Source of the DNA: a virus
Taxonomy: Duplodnaviria; Heunggongvirae; Uroviricota; Caudoviricetes
Virus record (IMG/VR): IMGVR_UViG_2609460219_000012
DNA: 34,456 nt
Direction: 5' to 3' (one strand)
Shown here: piece after piece, positions 1 to 8,788 of the stretch
Layout of the letters: every line of letters starts with the position of its first letter
Position numbering within the stretch: position 1 is the stretch's first letter
Program-made: the position numbers and the translations under genes
Notes under the pieces: model-generated
Seen by the model: the letters and a program-made list of their open reading frames with translations, nothing else
Told to the model about the DNA's origin: nothing
Database searches by the model: none

Positions 1-1332
1 CGTGCCACGGCCTTTCGCCGGATTCAGCAACTGGACGAGGCAATGGTTGTTGCCTGCCGTGAAGGTGAACATGCACTGATGCATCTGATACCGGCACAAC
101 AACGAACTGTGGAACACCTGGACGCCATGCAGTGGATCAACGGCGACGGTTATCTGCATAACGTCTTTGTACGCTGGTTTAACGGTGATGTGATCCGCCC
201 GAAAACATGGTTCTGGCAGGATGTGAAAACCCGAAAAATTCTGGGCTGGCGCTGCGATGTGAGCGAGAACATTGATTCAATTCGCCTCTCGTTCATGGAT
301 GTTGTGACTCGCTACGGTATCCCGGAGGATTTTCACATCACCATTGATAACACCCGTGGTGCTGCGAATAAATGGCTGACGGGAGGCGCGCCCAATCGCT
401 ACCGCTTTAAGGTGAAAGAAGACGATCCAAAGGGGTTGTTTTTACTGATGGGTGCGAAAATGCACTGGACAAGCGTTGTTGCCGGTAAAGGCTGGGGCCA
501 GGCAAAACCTGTTGAACGTGCTTTCGGTGTTGGTGGGCTTGAGGAATACGTTGATAAACATCCGGCACTGGCTGGCGCATATACGGGGCCTAATCCGCAG
601 GCAAAACCTGATAACTATGGCGACCGCGCTGTTGATGCAGAGCTGTTTCTGAAAACCCTTGCCGAAGGTGTGGCGATGTTCAATGCCAGAACAGGCCGTG
701 AAACAGAAATGTGCGGGGGCAAACTCTCGTTTGATGATGTTTTCGAGCGTGAATACGCCAGAACGATTGTGCGTAAGCCAACCGAAGAACAAAAACGGAT
801 GCTGTTACTGCCTGCCGAGGCGGTGAACGTTTCACGCAAAGGCGAGTTTACGCTTAAAGTTGGCGGCACCCTTAAAGGCGCGAAAAACGTTTATTACAAC
901 ATGGCATTAATGAATGCCGGCGTGAAAAAAGTTGTGGTCAGGTTTGATCCGCAGCAGCTACACAGCACGGTTTATTGTTACACCCTGGACGGTCGGTTTA
1001 TCTGTGAAGCGGAATGTCTGGCACCTGTTGCATTTAATGATGCAGCGGCAGGCCGTGAATATCGCCGCCGCCAGAAACAACTGAAATCTGCGACGAAAGC
1101 AGCCGTTAAGGCGCAGAAACAAATGGACGCGCTGGAAGTTGCTGAACTGCTGCCGCAGATAGCCGAACCAGCAGCACCAGAATCAAGGGTTGTTGGTATT
1201 TTCCGGCCTTCCGGTAACACGGTGCAGGTGAAATACCAGGAAGCCGATGATGAATATGAAACTGATCGTGATGAATATCTGAATCATTCACTGGATATTC
1301 TGGAACAGAACAGACGTAAAAAAGCCATTTAA
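1..1332 (+). CDS. A: Transposase MuA, C-terminal ~443 codons (5' end truncated by window)
   Basis: Frame is open from base 1 with no stop; ORF track shows 429 aa from an internal Met at 43. Sits immediately upstream of B as in Mu. Confidence 0.85.
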   Translation, partial: RATAFRRIQQLDEAMVVACREGEHALMHLIPAQQRTVEHLDAMQWINGDGYLHNVFVRWFNGDVIRPKTWFWQDVKTRKILGWRCDVSENIDSIRLSFMDVVTRYGIPEDFHITIDNTRGAANKWLTGGAPNRYRFKVKEDDPKGLFLLMGAKMHWTSVVAGKGWGQAKPVERAFGVGGLEEYVDKHPALAGAYTGPNPQAKPDNYGDRAVDAELFLKTLAEGVAMFNARTGRETEMCGGKLSFDDVFEREYARTIVRKPTEEQKRMLLLPAEAVNVSRKGEFTLKVGGTLKGAKNVYYNMALMNAGVKKVVVRFDPQQLHSTVYCYTLDGRFICEAECLAPVAFNDAAAGREYRRRQKQLKSATKAAVKAQKQMDALEVAELLPQIAEPAAPESRVVGIFRPSGNTVQVKYQEADDEYETDRDEYLNHSLDILEQNRRKKAI

Positions 1333-1370
1333 TTAACGTTTAAACAAAATTTAATTACGAGGTTATTCAG

Positions 1371-2308
1371 ATGAATATTTCCGATATTCGCGCAGGACTG
1401 CGCACGCTTGTAGAAAATGAAGAAACCACTTTTAAACAAATTGCTCTTGAGAGCGGGCTTTCTACCGGAACTATCAGTAGTTTTATCAATGATAAGTACA
1501 ACGGGGATAACGAGCGTGTTTCACAAATGCTGCAACGCTGGCTGGAAAAATATCATGCAGTTGCAGAACTACCTGAACCGCCCCGCTTTGTGGAAACGCA
1601 GACGGTAAAACAAATCTGGACAAGTATGCGTTTTGCCAGCCTGACTGAAAGTATTGCTGTTGTATGTGGCAATCCTGGTGTGGGCAAAACCGAAGCGGCC
1701 CGTGAATATCGCCGCACCAATAACAATGTCTGGATGATCACCATTACGCCATCCTGTGCCAGCGTTCTGGAATGCCTGACTGAACTGGCGTTTGAGCTGG
1801 GAATGAATGACGCACCACGCCGTAAAGGGCCGCTCTCCCGCGCCCTGCGACGTCGCCTTGAAGGTACACAGGGGCTGGTTATCATCGACGAAGCTGATCA
1901 TCTTGGTGCCGAAGTTCTGGAAGAACTCCGCCTGTTACAGGAATCAACCGCACTGGCCTTGTGCTGATGGGAAATCACCGGGTTTATTCAAATATGACGG
2001 GGGGTAACAGAACGGTTGAATTTGCCCGTCTGTTTTCCCGTATTGCAAAGCGCACTGCAATTAATAAAACCAAAAAAGCCGATGTAAAAGCTATTGCGGA
2101 TGCCTGGCAGATTAACGGCGAAAATGAACTGGAGTTATTACAGCAGATTGCGCAGAAACCAGGTGCGCTTCGCATTCTGAATCATTCACTTCGCCTTGCC
2201 GCCATGACGGCTCACGGTAAAGGTGAGCGTGTTAACGAAGATTATCTGCGTCAGGCTTTCCGTGAATTAGACTTGGACGTTGATATTTCAACGCTGCTGC
2301 GTAATTAA
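1371..2308 (+). CDS. B: Transposition protein MuB (ATP-dependent target DNA activator); frame interrupted near 1945-1967
   Basis: Two consecutive ORFs (1371..1967, 1961..2308) together give the full-length B protein; Walker A-like motif GNPGVGKT; translation matches recalled Mu B. Strong RBS-less spacing after A. Confidence 0.85.
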
Positions 2309-2323
2309 GAAGGAGAAGAAATT

Positions 2324-2551
2324 ATGATGGCCCGAAATATAAAAATGGCAACGGATGCGCAGAACTGGTTACAGGCGCGCGGGAGTCATGTAAATGAATC
2401 ATATCTCGGCGTGGCGCGTCCGATTCTTGAAATCACTTACCCACCGGTGGAACTGGTAAAAAACGCGGTCAGGATTATGGAGCATAAGTCCGGGGTGGCC
2501 CGCTCTGTATGGACGGCCCGTCTTAATGGTTGTCAGATAATCTGGAGGTAG
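2324..2551 (+). CDS. kil: Small early protein, Kil-like by position and size (75 aa)
   Basis: First ORF after B, RBS aaggagaag upstream; position corresponds to Mu kil. Sequence identity not verified. Confidence 0.45.
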
Positions 2552-2558
2552 CATTTAA

Positions 2559-2771
2559 ATGATGGTGATAAACATTCACGATAATCTGGGAATCAGTAAG
2601 TTAATCAACCTTGATAATGTCAATGTAATGGAAACGACTGTTGAGGGCGGTGTTGCTTTTGAATTTATTGATGGTCACAGGCTGGTCGTTCATGTCGGCA
2701 ACCATCATCACGCAGAAAATGTGCTTTGTGAACTTAACAAAATCACAAATGCAACACCCGTTAATCAATAA
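2559..2771 (+). CDS. Hypothetical early protein (70 aa)
   Basis: ORF in Mu semi-essential early region, tightly packed after kil. Confidence 0.45.
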   Translation: MMVINIHDNLGISKLINLDNVNVMETTVEGGVAFEFIDGHRLVVHVGNHHHAENVLCELNKITNATPVNQ

Positions 2772-2782
2772 GGAGAAACAAA

Positions 2783-3046
2783 ATGGCAAAAGTAATTATT
2801 GAAATTAAAAATACAGTATCTGGAATAAAAGGACGGAATTTGCGCACCAGCATTGCGGTGGACGGTAGTGCGGAACTGGACGGTGATGAGGGTACACTTG
2901 CTGGCATGGTGGCGTTACTGGTGCTTAATAAAAGCCAGAAAATAATTAATGAGTCAGCCCATGAAGCCATTGAGATTTTGAAAAACGATGGTGTCATCAC
3001 AGGTGGCAGTGTCACTGAAATGGCTGTTGAAAAAACATGTCACTGA
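2783..3046 (+). CDS. Hypothetical early protein (87 aa)
   Basis: ORF with RBS aaggagaaac upstream; early region. Confidence 0.5.
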   Translation: MAKVIIEIKNTVSGIKGRNLRTSIAVDGSAELDGDEGTLAGMVALLVLNKSQKIINESAHEAIEILKNDGVITGGSVTEMAVEKTCH

Positions 3047-3480
3047 AAGGAACGCTGACAATGAACGTCAAAATCCGAAATGAAATTCAGGCATTAATCC
3101 GAATCCGGGAACGCAATAACAACGGTGGCGAATTACGCGAGTTTATTTGTGTGCGTGAAGTTGATGGTTGTGGTGAAAAGACTTACCTGATTGCTTTCGA
3201 CCATTACAGCATCTGTGCGCGTTATTGCGGCGAAAGCATATCCCGCGCCATTGCATTTGGCGGTGCGTTCAACGTGGATTTATGGGAGTACGTCATGGAC
3301 CGGGAATACATCTGCGCATCAGACCCTGAAGCCCGTGAAATGTGGCAGCGTATCTGGCGCGATTACCGGTTAATGGCAAAAGGCTGGGCGCGCTGCTGTT
3401 ATTCCTCGCTTGCCCTGAAAGCGGTTCAGTTATCGCTGCGGCATATTCCGGCATCACTGCGCGAGCCTCTGCTGTACTGA
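3037..3480 (+). CDS. Hypothetical early protein (147 aa; Met at 3061 is an alternative start)
   Basis: Continuous ORF overlapping previous stop; cysteine-rich; function unknown. Confidence 0.45.
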   Translation: MSLKGTLTMNVKIRNEIQALIRIRERNNNGGELREFICVREVDGCGEKTYLIAFDHYSICARYCGESISRAIAFGGAFNVDLWEYVMDREYICASDPEAREMWQRIWRDYRLMAKGWARCCYSSLALKAVQLSLRHIPASLREPLLY

Positions 3481-3780
3481 ATGGTGACTGACATGAAGTG
3501 TAATCGTAAGCGCTGGTCACGCGAAGACCGGGAATTTATCGAAGCCAACGTCGGGAAAATGACCATTGAAGAAATGGCGGAAAAACTGAAAGTTGCCACA
3601 ACCGCCCTCCGGGCACATGCCAGAAGGCACGGAATATCATTGTGTGTATACCGAATCAGTGAACACGACAAATATTTATGTCGTGAACTTTATAAAGAAG
3701 GACTGGATATTCATGTCATTGCCCGAAAGATGGAATTAAGCAATCGTGCTGTATCCAGCATTGTATACAGCGGATATTAA
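3481..3780 (+). CDS. Hypothetical early protein with helix-turn-helix-like segment (99 aa)
   Basis: ORF; segment MTIEEMAEKLKVATTALRAHARRHGI resembles an HTH. Start overlaps previous stop (ATGA). Confidence 0.45.
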   Translation: MVTDMKCNRKRWSREDREFIEANVGKMTIEEMAEKLKVATTALRAHARRHGISLCVYRISEHDKYLCRELYKEGLDIHVIARKMELSNRAVSSIVYSGY

Positions 3781-3799
3781 TTAACAGGAGCTTTAATTT

Positions 3800-4324
3800 A
3801 TGGCTAAACCAGCAAAACGTATCAAAAGTGCCGCAGCGGCTTATGTGCCACAAAACCGCGATGCGGTGATTACCGATATTAAACGCATCGGGGATTTACA
3901 GCGCGAAGCATCACGTCTGGAAACGGAAATGAATGATGCCATCGCGGAAATTACGGAAAAATTTGCAGCCCGGATTGCACCGATTAAAACCGATATTGAA
4001 ACCCTTTCAAAAGGCGTTCANGGATGGTGTGAAGCGAACCGTGACGAACTGACGAACGGCGGAAAGGTGAAGACGGCAAACCTGGTAACCGGTGATGTGT
4101 CATGGCGTCAGCGCCCACCATCGGTAAGTATTCGCGGCGTGGATGCGGTGATGGAAACGCTGGAGCGTCTTGGCCTGCAACGCTTTATTCGCACGAAGCA
4201 GGAAATCAACAAGGAAGCGATTTTACTGGAACCGAAAGCGGTCGCAGGCGTTGCCGGAATTACAGTTAAATCAGGCATTGAGGATTTTTCTATTATTCCA
4301 TTTGAACAGGAAGCCGGTATTTAA
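3800..4324 (+). CDS. gam: Gam, host-nuclease inhibitor (Ku-like DNA-end binding protein), 174 aa
   Basis: 174-aa ORF whose translation matches recalled Mu Gam (MAKPAKRIKSAAAAYVPQNRDAV...); RBS aggag upstream. Confidence 0.8.
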   Translation: MAKPAKRIKSAAAAYVPQNRDAVITDIKRIGDLQREASRLETEMNDAIAEITEKFAARIAPIKTDIETLSKGVXGWCEANRDELTNGGKVKTANLVTGDVSWRQRPPSVSIRGVDAVMETLERLGLQRFIRTKQEINKEAILLEPKAVAGVAGITVKSGIEDFSIIPFEQEAGI

Positions 4325-4422
4325 TACCACCATTAATATTTAATTAATTCACATTCTTTTAATTATGGCGTGATACGTCAGGAGATTGCTCGCGCCTGAA
4401 ACAGATTACTGAGGAATAAAAC

Positions 4423-4953
4423 ATGGTTGATGCAAAAATTCTGAATGGTGTCAGCACATTATTACGGGCTTACGGACGCCTGACCTGCGGAGTTCTGGCT
4501 GAAAAAATGAATATGCTGCCCTCGTCAATGGTGTATTTCCTGCGTGATGCGGTTGATGCCGGAGTGCTCACCGAATGCAACGGATTTTATGACGTTCCGC
4601 GCCCGCGTCCGACGCCGCCTGTAAGACGAAACGCAACTGAGCAGCCTGCTGTTGATGATGCGGTGTGGTGCAACTGGCGTCGCTCATTACCCTGGGTGGA
4701 AGGTAATACCATCCCCGCGCTGGCAAAAGAGTTTGCGACGGGCGTGCTGACCTGTGAATCCGTTCACATCGTTGCAGAAGTGGACAACAGAATGTACGAA
4801 CAGGGTATGCCCCGTTTTGTGATGGCTTATATCGATATCCGGCTGGGGCGTTTTATTTGCAGTTCAAGCGCCTGGAATATCACCGACCATGTACTGCGTT
4901 ATCTCATTCTTGATTGTTCTCCGGTTCCCGCAGCGGTGCAGGAGGTGGCGTGA
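4423..4953 (+). CDS. Hypothetical early protein (176 aa)
   Basis: ORF with RBS gaggaa upstream; no recognisable motif. Confidence 0.45.
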   Translation: MVDAKILNGVSTLLRAYGRLTCGVLAEKMNMLPSSMVYFLRDAVDAGVLTECNGFYDVPRPRPTPPVRRNATEQPAVDDAVWCNWRRSLPWVEGNTIPALAKEFATGVLTCESVHIVAEVDNRMYEQGMPRFVMAYIDIRLGRFICSSSAWNITDHVLRYLILDCSPVPAAVQEVA

Positions 4954-5483
4954 TGTTTTTTAAAACGTCAAATTCCGCAGCACTGCTGGCATGGGACCAG
5001 TTTATGGCGGACTGCCTGAAACTACGCGAAGAAGCCCGCCATCTTGATAAGGTTCTGGGCTGTGGTTGCCGGTCAGTATTCAGCACAGGTATTGGTGGGC
5101 GTCATTTTCATGGCGTGAATTTTCCGGGGAATGAGCGCCCCTTCTCGCGGGAGCTGTGGACCGTACAACGGCCCGCATCAGGTAACAGTTGCAGGCCCAG
5201 AACTTCGCGGATACCTGCTCATCTCAGGGAGCAGGCAAGAGAGCTGGCGAAAATATGGCAGGAGAATATTCCGGTCACTTACGCCCGCACAGACGCTCTT
5301 TTACCCGCACTGGGACTGGATTTCAGCGCAACAATATTCGGCCCGCTCCGGTGGTTCCGTGTTGGTGATGTGATTTACGTCATGATGGGGATGACGCCCG
5401 CACAAGGCCGCATGACTGAAATCCNTTCTGACGAATTTATCCGGGCGCAAAAACAGGCGGAGGTAAACAATGGAAAACAATGA
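4953..5483 (+). CDS. Hypothetical early protein (176 aa from Met at 4953)
   Basis: ORF track frame 4914..5483; Met at 4953 overlaps previous stop (ATGA) and follows RBS ggaggtgg. Contains one ambiguous base. Confidence 0.4.
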   Translation: MFFKTSNSAALLAWDQFMADCLKLREEARHLDKVLGCGCRSVFSTGIGGRHFHGVNFPGNERPFSRELWTVQRPASGNSCRPRTSRIPAHLREQARELAKIWQENIPVTYARTDALLPALGLDFSATIFGPLRWFRVGDVIYVMMGMTPAQGRMTEIXSDEFIRAQKQAEVNNGKQ

Positions 5484-5652
5484 AACATCGTATTCGTGGC
5501 TGGGGACATTTACCACTGTGAAGCAGGAATGTCCGACCTGCGGTAATGAAAACCCTGAATATCTGAAAGAGTGCCCTCATTGTGGTGGGCAGAAATGCAA
5601 CCACTGCGATATGGGCGATGACACGGCGTGCATGAATTGTGAAGGTGAATAA
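5470..5652 (+). CDS. Small zinc-ribbon protein with four CxxC motifs (60 aa)
   Basis: CPTC, CPHC, CNHC, CMNC motifs in a 60-aa ORF; RBS ggagg upstream. Confidence 0.5.
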   Translation: MENNETSYSWLGTFTTVKQECPTCGNENPEYLKECPHCGGQKCNHCDMGDDTACMNCEGE

Positions 5653-5714
5653 TATGAATAATGAAACTAAAACATTATTTTCCATAAAATCCACTCTGAT
5701 TGATGTGTAAATTC

Positions 5715-5740
5715 AGGCGGTGTTGCAGCACCGCCTCTTT
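5715..5740 (+). terminator. GC-rich hairpin (AGGCGGTG / CACCGCCT) followed by CTTT, inside the early operon upstream of gemA
   Basis: 8-bp perfect stem with 6-nt loop read directly from sequence; short T tract only. Confidence 0.3.
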
Positions 5741-5754
5741 CCGGAGGTACGATC

Positions 5755-6306
5755 ATGAGTCGCACATCCCTGATTAAATTAATCCATGTCGCCCGTCGGG
5801 AGCTACAACTCGACGACGACACTTACCGCGCTTTTCTGATGCAGAAAACGGACAAAATCAGTTGCCGCGAGCTGACGGTCACGCAACTGGAACAGGTGCT
5901 CGATGCCATGAAAGAACGCGGCTTTAAGAAGCAGAATAAACACCCACGCCGACGCTTTAAGGAACATGTCACGCCCCGCGAGAAGGTGTACAAAGTCTGG
6001 CAGCAGATGGCAGAAGACGGGTTTATTACCGACGGCAGTGATGTGGCGCTGGACAGATACGTTCAACGCCTGACGGCGAAACGCAACGGTGGACAGGGTG
6101 TTTCCACACTGGCGTGGTGTCATGGCGACACGCTGCTGACAGTCCTCGAAACACTCAAACAGTGGCACATCCGCTGTATTCGTGAAGCCTTTTCCCGTCA
6201 CGGGCTTCCGTTGCCGGTCAGTCCGTCCGGGCGTGAACTGCGCGGCTATGATGCCATGACGGCGGCTTATGCCCATGCCAGAAAGACACGGAGGATGGCA
6301 CAATGA
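5755..6306 (+). CDS. gemA: GemA-like early protein (183 aa)
   Basis: Position immediately upstream of mor with overlapping stop/start, as for Mu gemA; RBS ggaggt upstream. Confidence 0.6.
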   Translation: MSRTSLIKLIHVARRELQLDDDTYRAFLMQKTDKISCRELTVTQLEQVLDAMKERGFKKQNKHPRRRFKEHVTPREKVYKVWQQMAEDGFITDGSDVALDRYVQRLTAKRNGGQGVSTLAWCHGDTLLTVLETLKQWHIRCIREAFSRHGLPLPVSPSGRELRGYDAMTAAYAHARKTRRMAQ

Positions 6307-6692
6307 CGGAAGATTTATTTGGTGATTTGCAGGATGACACCATCCTGGCACATCTTGACAATCCCGCAGAGGATACGTCACGCTTTCCGGCACTGCTGGC
6401 GGAGCTGAACGATTTACTACGCGGGGAATTGTCCCGGCTGGGTGTTGATCCTGCCCATTCACTGGAGATTGTTGTGGCTATCTGTAAGCATCTGGGCGGC
6501 GGTCAGGTCTACATTCCACGCGGTCAGGTTCTGGACTCGCTGATTCGGGATTTGCGTATCTGGAATGATTTTAACGGTCGCAACGTCAGCGAACTGACCA
6601 CCCGTTATGGTGTCACTTTCAATACGGTTTACAAGGCCATTCGCCGGATGCGACGGCTGAAATACCGCCAGTACCAGNCCTCACTTCTGTAA
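6303..6692 (+). CDS. mor: Mor, middle operon regulator (transcription activator), 129 aa
   Basis: 129-aa ORF; translation matches recalled Mu Mor; paralogous to C downstream (shared YIP.G....L.RD....NG.N motif). Confidence 0.8.
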   Translation: MTEDLFGDLQDDTILAHLDNPAEDTSRFPALLAELNDLLRGELSRLGVDPAHSLEIVVAICKHLGGGQVYIPRGQVLDSLIRDLRIWNDFNGRNVSELTTRYGVTFNTVYKAIRRMRRLKYRQYQXSLL

Positions 6693-6697
6693 ACAGT

Positions 6698-6722
6698 AAA
6701 GCCGGTTAATCCGGCTTTTTTT
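6698..6722 (+). terminator. Perfect dyad AAAGCCGG-ttaat-CCGGCTTT followed by T7 tract; rho-independent terminator of early transcript, possibly doubling as Mor-binding dyad of middle promoter Pm
   Basis: Hairpin and T run read directly, 6 bp after the mor stop. Pm assignment is from knowledge that the Mor-dependent middle promoter lies between mor and the C operon. Confidence 0.6.
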
Positions 6723-6769
6723 ACGTCCTCAATATCCTGTGATGAATAACCGTACCGGGGGAAATCATC

Positions 6770-6988
6770 ATGGGTAAAGGCTGGAATGCATCCTTTCATC
6801 TTGGCAGACGTGAGCGGCTGCGTCAGGAGGTTTTGCACCGTGTCGCCGGTGGGCCACGGCCTGCGCCCCGCGACTATACCGGTCATGATGGCACCCACGG
6901 CAGTTATTACATGAAAGGCTGGCAGTCAGTTGATATGCCGGAAATTCTTCATCATTGCCTGCTTTACAGGGAGAAACATTATGTCTGA
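6770..6988 (+). CDS. Hypothetical middle-operon protein (72 aa)
   Basis: ORF preceded by RBS ggggga; first gene after the terminator/Pm region. Confidence 0.45.
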   Translation: MGKGWNASFHLGRRERLRQEVLHRVAGGPRPAPRDYTGHDGTHGSYYMKGWQSVDMPEILHHCLLYREKHYV

Positions 6989-7343
6989 GCGTTCTGCTCG
7001 TCAGTGGCCTGATTTTTTATCGGTGGTGTTACTGGCGCTGTTATTGTGGATAAGTCTGTTTTGTGGCTGGCGCGCGCTGATGTTTTGCTGTGCCTCGGTT
7101 TTCAGTGTTGCTTTATGTGTTGCCGGTGATTGTCTGGATGCGCTGATAATGAGCTGCCGGGTGCCTGAACATTTTGCCCGGTTCGTCTGGCCGCTGACCT
7201 GGCTGGGGAGTCTGTCCGGGCTGGGATTAGCCGTGATGGCAACGTCTCAACTGAAAACGGGTCCTGAGCATGTCATCTGGGCGATGGCCGGATTGCTGAC
7301 GTTCTGGCTCTCCTTTCGTTTTCGCGCTCGTCTGTTCGGGTAA
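6981..7343 (+). CDS. Hypothetical membrane protein (120 aa from Met at 6981)
   Basis: Several hydrophobic segments; RBS agggag before Met at 6981; ORF track frame begins 6930. Confidence 0.5.
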   Translation: MSERSARQWPDFLSVVLLALLLWISLFCGWRALMFCCASVFSVALCVAGDCLDALIMSCRVPEHFARFVWPLTWLGSLSGLGLAVMATSQLKTGPEHVIWAMAGLLTFWLSFRFRARLFG

Positions 7344-7352
7344 AGGGGCACC

Positions 7353-7472
7353 ATGTACAGAAAATTCAGTGATGAATGTTTCGGGCCGTCCACGCTGATG
7401 AGTGCGATAAAAGTGATTGNCCTTGTGGTTCTGATAACCATCAGTGCCGTGGTGTATCTTTCTGTCTGTTAA
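7353..7472 (+). CDS. Candidate small hydrophobic peptide (39 aa), below ORF-track size cut-off
   Basis: ATG at 7353 after aaagggg; translation MYRKFSDECFGPSTLMSAIKVIxLVVLITISAVVYLSVC has one predicted transmembrane helix; fills the gap before C. Confidence 0.35.
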   Translation: MYRKFSDECFGPSTLMSAIKVIXLVVLITISAVVYLSVC

Positions 7473-7484
7473 CCGGGGGAAAAT

Positions 7485-7907
7485 ATGCAGCATGATTTAT
7501 TTGAACACGATCCGGCAATTCGCCAGTTAATCGGACATATTAATAACATTCCGGCCCCGGAACTGGAATCACGCTGGCCCCGTTCGGTGGTTGATCTGAT
7601 TGATGTTCTGGAAAACGAACTGAAACGCCAGAACGTCAGCAATCCCCGTGAGCTTGCCCGTAAACAGGCCGTTGCCCTGTCCTGTTTTCTGGGCGGACGG
7701 CAGTTTTACATCCCCTGCGGCGATACGATCCTGACCGCGTTACGCGACGATTTGCTTTACTGCCAGTTCAATGGTCGTAACATGGAAGAACTGCGTCGCC
7801 AGTATCGCCTGTCCCAGCCGCAGATCTACCAGATTATTGCCCGCCAGAGAAAGCTGCATACACGACGTCATCAGCCTGATCTGTTCTCACCTGAAAGCCA
7901 GAAATAA
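7485..7907 (+). CDS. C: C, late gene transcription activator, 140 aa
   Basis: 140-aa ORF matching recalled Mu C; paralogous to Mor; RBS gggggaaaat upstream. Confidence 0.8.
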   Translation: MQHDLFEHDPAIRQLIGHINNIPAPELESRWPRSVVDLIDVLENELKRQNVSNPRELARKQAVALSCFLGGRQFYIPCGDTILTALRDDLLYCQFNGRNMEELRRQYRLSQPQIYQIIARQRKLHTRRHQPDLFSPESQK

Positions 7908-7930
7908 CCGGCATCCTGCCGGTTATTTCC
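7904..7930 (+). terminator. Hairpin ATAACCGGCA-tcc-TGCCGGTTAT after C (end of middle transcript); weak U tract
   Basis: 10-bp perfect stem read directly, overlapping the C stop codon. Confidence 0.5.
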
Positions 7931-7998
7931 TGTCACCATAATCCCGCACCTGCCATCTGATTTTTTAGACTGCCATCAGAGCATTTTTTCAGGGAAGC

Positions 7999-8517
7999 AT
8001 GATGGCGGGGATACCAAAAAAACTGAAAGCCGCACTGCTGGCGGCAACGATTGCCGGTGGCGGTGTGGGTGGTTATCAGGAAATGACCCGTCAGTCTCTG
8101 ATCCATCTGGAAAATATCGCTTATATGCCTTACCGCGATATTGCCGGTGTGCTTACGGTCTGTGTGGGACATACCGGGCCGGATATCGAAATGCGCCGTT
8201 ACAGCCATGCGGAGTGTATGGCTCTCCTCGACAGTGATTTAAAACCGGTTTATGCGGCAATCGTTCGTCTTGTCAGGGTGCCGCTGACGCCATATCAGAA
8301 AACGGCGCTGGCAACGTTTATTTTCAACACCGGTGTTACCGCATTCAGTAAATCAACGCTGCTGAAAAAACTCAATGCCGGTGATTACGCCGGAGCGCGT
8401 GACCAGATGGCCCGCTGGGTGTTTGCCGCAGGCCATAAATGGAAAGGACTGATGAACCGTCGCGAAGTGGAAATGGCTATCTGGAATATCAGGGGGGCGG
8501 ATGACCTTCGCCAGTAA
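7999..8517 (+). CDS. lys: Endolysin (lysozyme) with Gly/Ala-rich N-terminal signal-anchor-release-like segment, 172 aa
   Basis: Matches recalled Mu Lys; N-terminal KLKAALLAATIAGGGVGGY is weakly hydrophobic; first gene after C as in Mu. Confidence 0.75.
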   Translation: MMAGIPKKLKAALLAATIAGGGVGGYQEMTRQSLIHLENIAYMPYRDIAGVLTVCVGHTGPDIEMRRYSHAECMALLDSDLKPVYAAIVRLVRVPLTPYQKTALATFIFNTGVTAFSKSTLLKKLNAGDYAGARDQMARWVFAAGHKWKGLMNRREVEMAIWNIRGADDLRQ

Positions 8518-8788
8518 AAGTTTACTGCTGGCAGCCGTGTTTGCCGCCGTTCTGTCCGGGGTGTTGTGGCACAGGCTGGACAGCACCCGCCACGATAACC
8601 AGACGCTGCGCCGTGAATTACAGACGGAGCAACAGGCCCGCAACACGGCTGAATGGTTGTTACACAGTCAGGAACAGACGATGCAGGTATTTTCCGCTAT
8701 CCGTGCCGCAAATCGTGCCGCACGGCTGGCAGATGAGACAGAACATCATGATGCAAAACNAAAAAATTACAACCGCCATTACCGGTGA
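8501..8788 (+). CDS. i-spanin-like protein (N-terminal TM helix plus coiled coil), 95 aa
   Basis: TM segment LLLAAVFAAVLSGVLW then charged/Q-rich region; overlaps lys stop. Confidence 0.55.
   Translation: MTFASKSLLLAAVFAAVLSGVLWHRLDSTRHDNQTLRRELQTEQQARNTAEWLLHSQEQTMQVFSAIRAANRAARLADETEHHDAKXKNYNRHYR

Noticed and set aside
5131-5373. 80-aa ORF in an alternative frame nested in 4953..5483
   Set aside because: Fully nested in a longer continuous ORF on the same strand; no start context.
5803-6462. 219-aa minus-strand ORF antisense to gemA and mor
   Set aside because: Antisense to two genes that match Mu proteins; no supporting signals.
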